Assembly (NCBI RefSeq): GCF_000143415.4
Contig: NW_003314276.1
Span: 2,417,072 to 2,481,071, forward strand
Direction: 5' to 3'
Length of the DNA: 64,000 bases
From: Selaginella moellendorffii
Taxonomy: Eukaryota > Plantae > Lycopodiophyta
Position numbers and translations under genes: made by a program. Below the pieces are notes generated by a model. That model was not told the origin of the DNA. It saw only the letters and a program-made list of their open reading frames with translations, and ran no database searches. This document shows, piece by piece, positions 31,069 to 42,842 of the stretch. Each line of letters opens with the position of its first letter. Position 1 is the stretch's first letter.

Positions 31069-32015
31069 GTAAGAGGGTGCACTCTTATTCATGGGCTTTT
31101 TCCTTTTATATTTGAACCTTTATAAATCATTTCTCAAGTTGTTTCCTTTAGTTGTTTACATTTACACTCCTATAACATATATATACTAAAGAGATGGTAA
31201 ATAACTATTTTAATAAAAATTTATATATGTCATAATTATCTCCTTCAAGGTATTAACAAGCTGTTCTATCAAACCATTACTATGTGGATAATAAACAATG
31301 AGAAAAGTGGCATATTCCCAATTAATACATCAAGAGGGTTAGATAGCCTAAGCCATAATTTAACTCTTACTTGTGTTTCTGTCCTTGTTTTACTTCTAAT
31401 TTAGGTCTAAGGCCAAGCATCTTTGTCTTTGCTATTTAGTATCAGATCAGAGTAATATCTAGAGTGAACTATAGTTTCAAAAAGTTACTATCATGGTATG
31501 TTTATGTCAGTAACTTCAATTTCAATAAGTGCTTCACTTGTTTATGCCTTTGAAATATATCAGATCCATTATTACAGTGGACCAGCTATAGAGGTGGTCT
31601 ATTCTCTGTGGTAGAATTGTAGTACATCATATATATTATTCTGCCATATAAGTGATCTTGCTCTTGCTGTCATGCCACAATAGCTCCCTTTTTCTTAGTC
31701 TTCACAACAATTGCATATGAAACTTTTCTTCTTTGCCTTTGTTAAATGCATGAGGAAGCGTCAATAGTAGGATAGCTTCCCAAATAAGATGTTACTCTTG
31801 TAGTCGTTACTTCTTAGTAAGCTCATCCCATTATGATTTATATTGCTTTACTAAATGCCTGTGAATGTAAGATGTTAGAAATGCATCACCACTTCACTAA
31901 TCCTTTCATCAAATTTTTATGGCCACTACCTTCTCAATTTTTTTCCTTTTCCATCATCTTTGCATATTGGAGAGCTGTATTTTCATCAATAAACCATTTT
32001 CTTTTCTGTTCATAG

Positions 32016-32390
32016 CAAAGTGCCCAGAAAATTGTTGCAAACCGGCACCATAGTTGTGAAGAGAAGTTCCAACTGAACCAAAGCAGTTCCAGGGCAGCAT
32101 CACGAAGGTGTGTGAGGACAACGAGAGGCAAATCAGCTCATCTCCAGCTCAGCAAAGCTTTGATCCCTGTTTGCCACCGCCTCAAGAGCGATACAGCTTT
32201 GGCCTGCAGGAAAGCAATGATCTTGGACACTCCCTCTTCATCCCCGGATTCTCTGGAGGAATCCCTCGCTGCTGGGCCTGGTGAGGGATTGTTGTTTCAG
32301 CACATGCTCGGGTCGTGTTGGCAAGAAGAGATGATCGTCATTGAGCTGAAGAGGAATGTCCCGGGTGGTTCCAATCCCATCACTAGATTG
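32016..32390 (+). pseudogene. Frameshifted paralog of the 17288-17936 precursor, with CLE motif RNVPGGSNPI
   Basis: VPRKLLQTG, REVPT..PKQFQGSI, LACRKAMI, SPDSL..AG.GEG and EMIVIELKRNVPGGSNPI are colinear with the 17.3-kb gene but spread over different frames. No signal-peptide exon found. Confidence 0.75.
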
Positions 32391-32422
32391 AGATCCACAA
32401 AATTCGGCATGATCCACAAAAA

Positions 32423-32502
32423 GTTGAGATGGCCGAGCTGGTCTAAGGCGCCAGATTAAGGTTCTGGTCCGCAAGGGCGTGGGTTCAATCCCACTCTCAA
32501 CA
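32423..32502 (+). tRNA. tRNA-Leu(AAG): tRNA-Leu(AAG), T-loop one base short
   Basis: Acceptor stem GTTGAGA/TCTCAAC, A-box TGGCCGAGCTGG, anticodon arm CCAGA-TTAAGGT-TCTGG, long variable arm, T arm GTGGG-TTCAAT-CCCAC. Confidence 0.85.
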
Positions 32503-32599
32503 CTGCTCAAATTGAAAGAATGGCCTGCTTCCGGATATCAGGCGGCAAAACTAAATAAAAGATCCAAGTAAATGCGATCTAAATCACGAACTCTTCCGT

Positions 32600-33259
32600 T
32601 TAATGCGGTTTAGACCCCAAGCTGCGATTCCTGCAAGGTTCTTCGTAGTAAACTCCCACCGCATCCAAATACTTCCCAGCTCTCCCGAAAAACCCCACAA
32701 TTCTACCCGGCCCGCTCCGGAAAAAATTGCCGTGCATTTTCCCAAACGGGCCGTACTGCTTCCTCTCGTCGTTGCTTTTCCTGCGAGTGAAGAAGATGAG
32801 CGAATTGATCGTCTGGTCAAACGTCCCCGACACCTGAAAGAGATACTCGTCGGGAAAATCCAGAGCCACCTACATGACATGTACGAATTAGATAATATTG
32901 TCTACGGAATTAGACAATGTGAGTGCTCTTTCTTCTTTTTTGTTCTACCTGGACTTTGCCTCCTCCGTTGCCTCCGTGCTGGCCGCCAGTTATTCGAGAG
33001 CCGTCTTGATCGTAGCCGACTTTGATCATGTCGATCCGGTTGCCGTGCCTCAATTGGATCAGTCTGATCCCTCTCGACATTCCATCGCTGAATTCGTCGC
33101 CCGCTGCTCCACCCCACATAAAAGACTGGCTCCCATCTACTCTTGCCGGAACCTGCAATTGCAGTGCCAGATCCTTCAAAATCCCACAAAAACTTCAAAG
33201 TTTTGAGAGTTGCCCACCAGAATCAAGGCCAGGACCAATGCCGTCGTGATCCATGCCAT
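32600..33259 (-). CDS. Jacalin-related lectin with N-terminal signal peptide, exons 33218-33259, 32949-33152, 32600-32869, 171 aa
   Basis: MAWITTALVLALIL|VPARVDG, then WGGAAGDEFSDG, HGGNGG, DFPDEYLFQVSG, YGPFG and IVGFFGRAGKYLDAVG. Confidence 0.88.
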
Positions 33260-33728
33260 CGTTTGTCCTCTTCGATCAAACAAAAGCTCGAGCCACAAGA
33301 GTCGTTTAAGTAGCTGGCGCATGTCTCTTTACCTCCTCGACCACAAAGCGTCGCTGTAATCACAGCTTAAGTTAACTATGATACTAGTATCTTTTGCCGT
33401 TGGCGGGAATATGCCATGTTTCGATAAACTTGCTGGTTAGAAGGAGAATATCCTACAGACTCGAAAACTGGTACGAGAATATTCTATGTTTCGGATACCC
33501 GCTTGTCAAAAAAAGAAGGGTGGCCGCGACCGTCAGCCGCCATTTCACAAGCCGCCAGCACACGCGCACTGGGCCCGTCGAGCCCGTCATCGCTTGACAC
33601 CCGGAAGGGCCGATCTTATCCACAAAGCCAAATTTTATTAAGCCATGGCTTTCCCGCAATAGGTCGTCGAACCCTCGATCGCCACTCCGGGACCGAAGAA
33701 GAAGAGCGCCAAGAGGGAGTGCTCGGCT

Positions 33729-35972
33729 ATGGCGCGATCCGGTGTTCTTCGGCGCTGCGCATCCGGCGTCGCGAATTGGAGGCGGCAGAGCATCGTCGCA
33801 GGTGCTAGTCTTAATCTCCCCTCTTTCTCCACGGCGGAGCAGGGATCTCCTCCTCTCGCACCCCGCCATGGCGCGGTGGCAAGATTTCTAGGTTTTCAAC
33901 CCGGCGGCATTGCGCTGCGGAGGAATCTCTGCACGGGCACGACTCTTGGATCGGCCGCGGCGGAGGAATGCATCAATGCGGCTCCGGCGCCAGCGCCATA
34001 CAGCCCCGCCACTGGCACGTATTCCAGCGCCCGCCCGCCGCTCAAGATGCCCGAGGATCCGTGCATGGACGTCACCACATTCGTGATGAGCGGCAAGGAC
34101 AATCTCGCGGACAAGCCGGCGCTGATCGATGCGAAGACCGGCCACACCATGACTTACTCGCAGCTCCAGCACGCGATCTGCTCGGTGGAGCTGGGACTGG
34201 TCAGTATCGGTGTCCGTCAGGGAGATGTGGTGATGCTCGTGTCCCGGAACTCCGTCCACTATCCAGTGGCATTCCTGGCGACCACATCGGTGGGAGGAGT
34301 TCTCGCGACGCTCAATCCACTGACGTCGGCCGGGGAGGCGAAGAAACAGGCCGAGGCAGCGGGAGCTCGGTTCGTCATCGTGGAGGAGGAGTTCGTGGAC
34401 AAGGTGGCGGAGCTCGGGGTGCCACTGGTGATCATCGAGAAGGGCGACAAGATCAAAGTTGGCTCCACGGAGGTTGCCTTTTCGGATCTCCTGGCGTCGG
34501 ATCCTTCGTGCAGCAGCGCTCCGGAGACGAAGATCAGCCAGGACGATCCGGCTCTCGTGCTCTACTCTGCCGGAACTACAGGGCCGAGCAAAGGGGTGGT
34601 GCTAAGCCACAAGAACATCATCGCCCAGTTACTCCAGCTCTCGGTGCTCGGAGAGACGGACGCAGGGACGCATCTGTGCTGTCTGCCGATGTCTCATGTG
34701 TTTGGCTTGGTGGTGATCACGCTCCAGCAGTTGTACAGAGGAGCTACGGTGGTGGTGATGCCCAAGCTCGACATGAACGACGCTCCAAACTTGATCTCGG
34801 CTCACAAAGTCACTCACCTCTACGCGCTTCCTAACACCATCGCGGGCATTCTCAAGATAATGACGACAAGTACTTCCCCAGGTAGTTTTAGTTCTCTTCA
34901 ACGTGTTCTGTGCGGTGGAGCTCCCCTGCGCAAGGAAGTGATCGAGGAGTTCTGCAAGCAAGTTCCCGATGCTTCCTTTGTTCAGGTAAGAGCTCGATCA
35001 TTGTTTCTTACTCTTTCCTTCTTTGTTTGCTGATTTTTCGTTTCGTTATTTTCAGATTTATGGATTGACAGAGGCCACCGGAGCAGTGGCACTGAATAAT
35101 CTGAAAGAAGATCAATTCCCAGACTCTGTCGGTACTCTTCTCTCTGGAATTGAGGCCAAGATCCTGAATGGCGATAAAGAGCCTTTGGGTCCAAATAACC
35201 AAGGAGAGCTTCATGTCCGTGGACCAAACGTCATGAAAGGTTCGTGGTGTTCTTCCTGTAACCACATCACTTGACTTTTCTCTCATCTCTCATCTCATCT
35301 TTTCCTTTCGATGCAGGCTACTTCAAAGGTGTTGACGAGACTTTGGATCAAGATGGTTGGCTGAGCACTGGCGACCTCGTGAGTTTCGACGAAGAAGGTA
35401 GAATGTTCGTCATTGATCGGATCAAGTACAAGTCTCACCAGGTATGTGTCTCCTTTTTGAGTTTAGAGAGCAGTAAGTCACGAGAGAGAATTCCCCGTTT
35501 CCTCAGGTTGCTCCAGTCGAGCTAGAAGCGATTTTGCTTTCCCACCCTTGCATAGTAGATGCTGCAGTTGTCCCGTAAGATTTCGAAATCTCCTCTTCCT
35601 CCCCGCGAGGCTCCCATGCATTGTCATTTCTCCAAGTTCCTGCTTCTGATGGTGATCTCTTTTTATCGTTTCTCTTGGCAGAGCTCCGGGTGAGGAGGCG
35701 GGGCAAGTTCCAGTAGCATTTGTTGTACAATCTCCGGATGGTAATCTCACCGAGAACCGAGTGAAGGAGTTCCTAGCTGAGAGAGTAAGTTCATGCTAAT
35801 TCTTCTATGAGATTCTTCTTTGAGGATTCTAAGAGCTCTCTCTCTCTCTCTCTCGATTTTCTTCCAGGTTGCTCCATACAAGAAGGTACAACAAGTGTTA
35901 TTCGTAGACGAGATTCCAAAGACAGGCTCGGGAAAAATTCTACGTGGGGATTTGCTCCAGAGACATTTGTGA
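33729..35972 (+). CDS. 4-coumarate-CoA ligase-like acyl-activating enzyme with N-terminal transit peptide and variant motifs, 6 exons
   Basis: [43 protein letters not shown]. Arg/Ser/Ala-rich N-terminal extension. Exons 33729-34985, 35056-35239, 35317-35441, 35507-35574, 35682-35784, 35868-35972. Confidence 0.88.
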
Positions 35973-36053
35973 TAGAAATAAGGAAAGCTCCATCTATTTT
36001 TTTTGGTTATGAGCTTGAGCGTGGAAGAAAAACCCTAAGCTGGGTGCTACGTG

Positions 36054-37972
36054 ATGGCGGGAGGAGGAGGATTGCGCTATGCCGACGGCGTCTACAGCAG
36101 CTCGCGCCCTCAAGTGGATCTCTCGCAAATTCGCAGCTCTAGCATCGCGCACTTTCTCTTCTCTTCCAAATCCCACGGTCAGCGCCCGGCGCTCATCGAT
36201 TCTCCTTCCGGAGCGACAATGTCGGCCAGGGAGCTCGAGCATCGCGCAATATCGGTCGCCAAGGGGCTCCGGGGATTCGGCGTGCGCCAGGGCGATGTCG
36301 TGATGCTGCTCTCCCCGAATTCTCTCGAGTATCCAGTCGTCGTCCTGGGCGTGGCGATCCTCGGCGCCGTGGTCACGACCGTGAATCCGGTAAATACTTC
36401 CCGCGAGGTCGCCAAGCAAGCGGTGGATTCAGATTCCAAGTTTGTCGTGACTGTTGTAGCGCTGGCGGACAAGGTGACGGGATTGGGACTCCCCACTGTG
36501 CTCATCGATGGCGCCCCCGGCCTCCACAGGAGCAACAATTCGCAAGCTTCTCTCGGGGATTTGCTCGTGGACGAGGTGGATGGCTTCGCGTTTCCAGAGA
36601 TTTCTCTCGGGGACCCGGCCGCGCTCTTGTATTCGTCCGGGACCACGGGGACGAGCAAAGGGGTGGTGCTCACGCACAGGAATCTCATCGCTGCCGCGGT
36701 GCTCCACGCAGCGTCGGGGCCAGATGTCGAGCCGGGCGAGGTCTATCTCTGCGTCATACCGATGTTTCACGTGTTTGGGCTCGTGATCGTCACGTGTACG
36801 CAGCTCAGCCGGGGTGTTCCCATCGTCGTCATGCCGTCGTTCGACTTTGAAGCCATGCTTGGAGCGATCCAGAGGTTTAAGATCACCCACGTACCGCTGG
36901 TGCCTCCGATTGTCATCGCGCTCGGCAAGTCCCCGGCCGTGAAAGCGTTTGATCTGTCGTCGCTGAGGGAGATTGGATCCGGGGCTGCTCCACTTGGGAG
37001 AGAAGTGATCAACGCGTGCCTCGAGAGATTTCCAGATGTCAAAGTCCGGCAGGTAAGCACACGCTCTTTTCTACGTTTTGGTCTGTTTGTTCAAATGGTT
37101 CTTTTTTTGCTTTGGTTCTTTTGTGTCAGGGGTATGGTTTGACGGAATCCACTGCTATTGCTTCTGTGGCAGACCCGGATGATCTAGAACACTATGGCTC
37201 CGCGGGACTTCTCTCATCAAACACGCTCGCGAAAGTGATTGACGTTGGAAGTGGACGTCCATTACCTCCAAATCAACAGGGAGAGATTTGGATTCATGGT
37301 CCGACGATCATGGATGGTAAACATCTTTGGTCTGTGTTTTATTCGCTTGTCTCTAGCTGTTGACCTGTGCAGAGTATTTAAACAATCCCAATGCCACGGC
37401 AGAGACCGTGGATGCCGAAGGCTGGCTGCACACTGGGGACCTGGGATACTTTGATGACAGTGGAAATCTCTACGTTGTGGATCGCATCAAAGAACTTATC
37501 AAGTACAAAGGCTTCCAGGTAAAGCACAGAGAAGGCGATTGATTATTTTATACATGTTTGGTGTTCTTGGCAGGTTGCGCCAGCAGAATTGGAAGCTTTG
37601 CTGTTGTCACACTCACAAGTTGTAGACGCCGCTGTTATACCGTAAGCAGGCAAAAGTTTTCTATAGTTTGATTGTTTATGGCTTTACCAGGTTTCCTGAT
37701 GAAGAGGCGGGTCAAGTACCACTGGCTGTTATTGTTCGTAAGCAAGGATGCAGCCTGGACGGGCAGGGTGTCATGAAGTTTGTCTCCGACCAAGTATTGT
37801 GTCCAAATCCTTGTCTGCGATTCGCTTACACTTGTTTCTCTTGTTCTGTCAGGTGGCTCCCTACAAAAAAGTTCGCAAAGTGATGTTTATTGATGCGATT
37901 CCAAAGTCTGCATCCGGGAAAATCTTGAGGAGAGAGCTCGTCCAAATGACAATGCCCGTCTCAAAGCTGTGA
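36054..37972 (+). CDS. Peroxisomal 4CL-like acyl-CoA ligase (OPCL1/4CLL-type), 6 exons
   Basis: [63 protein letters not shown] and C-terminal SKL (PTS1). Confidence 0.93.
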
Positions 37973-38619
37973 CTGCATTTTCTCTTCTGAACAAAAACGG
38001 GTATGAGGTGAGGATTTTTTGTCATTAACTGTATGTTTGTTTTGTCATAGGCTTCCAAGCTCTACAAGCTTCTTCCAGCCCAGCGGCATCCTAAAATTCT
38101 GGCTGTCTTTGTTTTTAAGTTGCTAGCAACGCGTCGAGCTTGCTGGAGAGAACTAATGTGGCGTTGCTTTCACTTGTTTTTGTCAGGCCCTCGTGACTTT
38201 TGGTGTTCTCCATGGCACAAACCAGCTTTCGTATGGAATGGCTGCCCTGAGCGAGGAGGAGAATTCGCGCTGCTATCAACTGGTTAAGGGGATACCCAGT
38301 TTACTAGCTAGATTTCGGGCTTGGAAACGGTGGCATCCATGAGCATGCTCGCCGTCAAGCAGTCCCGGGGCTTGCAGCGAAATCCCTCAGCAAATGTGCT
38401 TGCAAGCTCCTGCATGCTAGCGTTTTATTTATTTATTTATTTTTTTGACATACTTGAGCTGGCTTGACTAACACTTTTCCACGAATGAAGTGGAAACAAA
38501 GGTTGTCATTAATGTGGCAAGCTTAAACATTACAAGATTAATTGTCCACAGTTAAAGAATAAACAATAAAGCAAGAAAAATAATCAATTTTTTAATGATG
38601 GTAAATTAAATATTATGAA

Positions 38620-39500
38620 ATTGCAAAATTTACAACATGAGGATGATGAGGAAGATTCTTTTGGTCCAAAGAACAAACTCTCAATCGTTATGTATAAAAT
38701 AAAACAAAGGTTGAGGACATTTGTGTATTAACTTTAATGTTGGAGGGTGTATTATATGGTGGTATAAAATAAGACAAAGGTTGAGGACATTTGTGTATTA
38801 GCTTTAATGTTGGAGGGCGTATTATATGGTGGTCCAATATAAATTTTACTAGACAATAGGAGGAATAACAATTTTATTTCAGCAAAATTGTAAGAAGCAT
38901 GGCTTCGTAGCCCTTTTCAAGGCATATAGCTCTCTATAAATCTATGGAATTTTATCCACTTGAACAATAGAAATAAATTTTAATCATTCAGTAGGTGTGT
39001 CACAGATTCTTTGCCCCATGACATGAGGACATAGTAAAAGCTGCAACTACCCTTATACAACATTTCAATATTTGCATAGAGGTTATAGATTGGCAAAACC
39101 ACACTTCTAGAGATTTTATACCTCATGAAAATCTATTATATATATCTTTTCTTGGAAGGCAATTGTGAATCTAATGATAAAGTGGAGAATTAAGCACATT
39201 TCACTAAAGTATAATGGCATCAAGGATATGTGGTTTGGAAAAAGAGTTTACTCTCTACCCTTGATTACATCTTTAAAGTGAGTTTGCTATGATAAAAAAG
39301 CCACTTTCAAATTACTTACTATTTGTTCATGATTTAAGGGACTAAGCCACATGTGGGGGAGAACAATCTTGGATGTACTTAAGGAGTTTGTTAATGTCTT
39401 TCCATTTAAATTTTCACATGGATTGCCTCTATTATAGCTCTATTATATTGGATGGACTAGGGGTGGCCTATATTGTCCTTTCTATGTAATCGTTCATAGA
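38620..39500 (+). mobile_element. Decayed gypsy gag/protease relic with a ~70-bp tandem duplication (38693-38832)
   Basis: Matches the reverse complement of the 14700-14900 region (caacatgaggatga, ctttaatgttggagggtgtatt). Confidence 0.55.
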
Positions 39501-39924
39501 CTAAAGAAAAAAATTTGAGAAATGGTCCATAAGGGTTCTAATATAAAGGGAAATGACTTATAGATAAAAATGCACCGTTTTTTTCAATTGGTTAAAGATT
39601 TTAGAATTTTTGGGGTTAAGTGTCCTTGAGTTTAAATAATATTAACCTCTTAGAAAGTCCAAATTTATGAGCTTATATTTGGAATTAAAAAGGTATTAAG
39701 TTCAACTTTATTAGTCGGCTAGCGAAATCACACCATATATTTAAATTAACATTTGATAAGTTTAGTTTGCCTTTAGTTGGGCTCAATTTGTGGGGTAGGG
39801 TGTTAAGAAAGCAAGGCTCTCGAGAGAGTTATGGCTCTTAACTTCCATTCACGAGGGTGTAAACTTGTAGAGAAGCATAATAGATTATAAACAACCAAAG
39901 AGAGAGCAAGACTTTCGAGAGAGT

Positions 39925-40731
39925 TGTAGTGCATGTGATCATGGGATGAGATTTGAATGTACTGTCACCGTGGATCCTTGGAACCTTGGCGGATAAATGG
40001 GGATAAAATAGCCACTAAGGGCTCTCTCATAAAGTAATTATCCTTTTTCTAATTGGTTTAAAGGGAGAGAGATAGAGTGCATTACATATGGTATCAGAGC
40101 AAATAGTATGGGTTTGATTCCCATTGATTAGTGGCTACTTAAGAATATAATATACCCTTGAACAAGGTATATTTCTACCCCTAAATTTAAAATCATACGT
40201 ATTAGGCATCCATGCGTATGTCCTTATTTTTGGTGGAACATCCACGGATGAAGGTATCAACTGTGGGATTGCGGTACAAGTGGATGACTAGTTGCCTCAT
40301 ATGGAATAGCTGGTTTGCATAATGGAAGAATTAATAAATTTAGTGCGGAAATAGAGGTGTTAATTCCCCTTGGCTCAGTAGAGGTTGTTACTCAATAGTC
40401 AATAGTCAATGAGGACATTAACATCTCTCGAGGGGGGGTAAGTGTAGCGCATATGATTATGGGATGAAATTTGGATATACTGTCACTGTGAATCCTTGGA
40501 ACCTTGGGGGATAAATGGGGATAAAATAACCACTCCTTTTCTTTTATATTTGAACCCTTATAAACCATTTTTTAAGTTGTTCTTTTTGGTTGCTTATAAT
40601 TTACTATACTTCCCTGCAAGTTCACGCCCTCATGAATGAAAACTAAGAGCTACAACTCTGTAATGCACCCTATCTTTCTCCCTTTAAGCCAACTAAAAAA
40701 AGGGCAATTACTTGATACCCTTGAGTCCTTA
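39925..40731 (+). mobile_element. TRIM (non-coding mini LTR element) whose 3' LTR is split by a local inversion
   Basis: 5' LTR 39925-40086 (TGTA..TACA), PBS TGGTATCAGAGC (tRNA-iMet) 40089-40100, PPT at 40430-40440, 3' LTR first half 40443-40534 and second half inverted at 40659-40731. Confidence 0.8.
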
Positions 40732-41147
40732 GGTTTAAATAATGGCTAGCTAGATGATATTTTGGGAAGTTTAAATTCAAAAATTTATAAAGGTGTAGAG
40801 TATGAGATTATGCTAGCACCAAGACAAGGTGAGCATAGACCACTCTTAAGCTAATGAGCTCAAGTATTAAGTTTCTGAGCTGAGCTCAAATTTTAAATAT
40901 AGTTTAATACAAATGTTATAAAATTTCAAAATTTAAGTTCATGGTGAACCTAATTTTGTACTATATTTTAACATCTCTTTGCATTTTATATAATAAAAGT
41001 ATTTTAGTAGAGACTTTATATCTAAGAATTTAAATATTTACCATATGTAAAAAAATCAAAATTTTAAATAAGATAGGATTTCTTGTAGAAAAGCTATCTT
41101 AAATCTATACTATATGCTTTATGACTTATAAATATCAAAGATTTATC

Positions 41148-42842
41148 TGTGAGGGCCAAGTGTACGATTATATACTAATATTAGCGTAGTGGGATTTTTG
41201 GTAGCTGTCAGATTGGTTTTAATCTGGACCATTCGCTCCTGTATATAAGCTAAGGTTTTTGGGCTAATTGATATACATATTTTCTATTTTCCCTTTCCAT
41301 ATTCCAAACACTCACATTGGTGGAGATGAGGGGCATCTTTGATTGTCCCTGAGGAGTGTTTGGATTTGGGATTTTAGTTTAGATCTCGTCCCTGCGCTCT
41401 ATCCCATCGAAAACTTTTCTCGCCTGATCGATCCTCCCACATCTCAAGTACATGGCGATGAGAGTGTTCCCGAGAGGACCATCCAGTTGGATCTTCAAGG
41501 CAGCAATCTTTGCGAGCTTTTGCATTGTCTAGATCTAACTTTTTTCATTTCCTTTCTTTTGTTATTTCCTTTCAGGATTTTGGTTTAGATTTAGCTTTTT
41601 GCATTGTCTAGATCTACCATTTCCTTCTAGATATTTGTCATTTCTCTTCTTTTGCTCTTTCTTTTTCGTTCATCTTCATGGCAGATTAACAATCTCCTCT
41701 TTTGACTCTGGAGCAGCAATTGGTACAATTGCTTGATGTTATGCACTTGCAATTGAACAACCAAACTCAGTTGATGGTGGCGTCCATGGCACGTGGTACA
41801 GCTCCTCCTGCTCTTGGTGCCAATCCTTGCATTCGGCCGGAGTTCTTTCGCGGGAATCCTGGGGATGATGTATACTATTGGTTCGATCATTTCACGGTGA
41901 TTGCCACATATTAGGATGATGGTTGACGTTTGCATGAGTTTCCCAAGGGACGGCATTGCAGTGGTACAATGGTTTGAGCGCAGCCACTCATGGGGATTGG
42001 AGTGTTCTCCCAGATATCTTCAAAGATGCCTTCAGACATGCCGACAACTGTGATGATGCCTTCCAACAATTGCATTGTCTTTGCAAAATGCCATCTAATG
42101 CAATTTGGCATTCATTTCAAAAGTTTTTTGCTTCGTGTGAAGCCAAATATGTTAGAGCGGATCAAGCTAAGAATGTTGTGGCCAACACTTCGTCAAGATT
42201 TTGTTGGACTTGTGCATGCACTTGCTCCTGCCACCCTTGACGATACTCTTCGCTTGGCACAACGTTATGAGACGTCGCATTTTCCACTTCTCGCTACACG
42301 TCCTTTAGCTCCACTTCCTATGGGTGATAGTCCTATTCCAATGGAGGTTGATGCTACTACTGCTCAAGTCTAAGGACAAGGGCGACGACGTGGTCATGGC
42401 CGTGATGTTCGCTGCTAAGCATGTGATGAAGTTGGTGATACTTATCAGCATTGTTGGTGTTTTCCAGATTAGTGACCTCCATTTCCTAGGTGGAGACCTT
42501 GGCATCAGAAACATCCCATTAGTGCTGCTGCAGTGGAAGGTTTAGACATCAAGATGTATCTGGGGAACGAGGAGTCATGCGAGTAACGGAGGGATCTTGC
42601 GCGAATAAGTCAGTGACCCCTTCATCTTTCTTTTGGGAGTATCATCAAGGGGTTCATTTGGCATCAGTTCATCTAGTGTTTACTTTCCAAGCTCGTTTTT
42701 ATAACCAGAGGTCTCTTATTATTCTCTCCGTGTTTGTTGATACATATTTGAGTTTATCTTCTATTGCTCGACCTGTTGCCACACGTTGCTGTCTATACTT
42801 GCATCATGCAGTGGAACTAGTTTTCATTCTTTATGGCAACGG
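41148..42842 (+). mobile_element. Older truncated copy of gypsy family A (5' LTR, PBS, gag, start of protease)
   Basis: LTR 41148-41316, the same PBS, and decayed gag colinear with 26353-27540. Confidence 0.92.
41387..41514 (-). pseudogene. 128-bp PPR gene fragment inserted in the retrotransposon leader
   Basis: Absent from the 25896 copy. Translates as AKIAALKIQLDGPLGNTLIAMYLRCGRIDQARKVFDGIERRD. Confidence 0.85.

Noticed and set aside
38040-38420. Possible structured ncRNA (GTCCCGGGGCTT resembles an RNase MRP motif)
   Set aside because: The two separated P4 halves and Pol III promoter elements were not found. It is more likely spliced 3' UTR of the 4CL-like gene.
39925-40086. Cassandra-type TRIM
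   Set aside because: No 5S rRNA A/C-box similarity is visible in the LTR.
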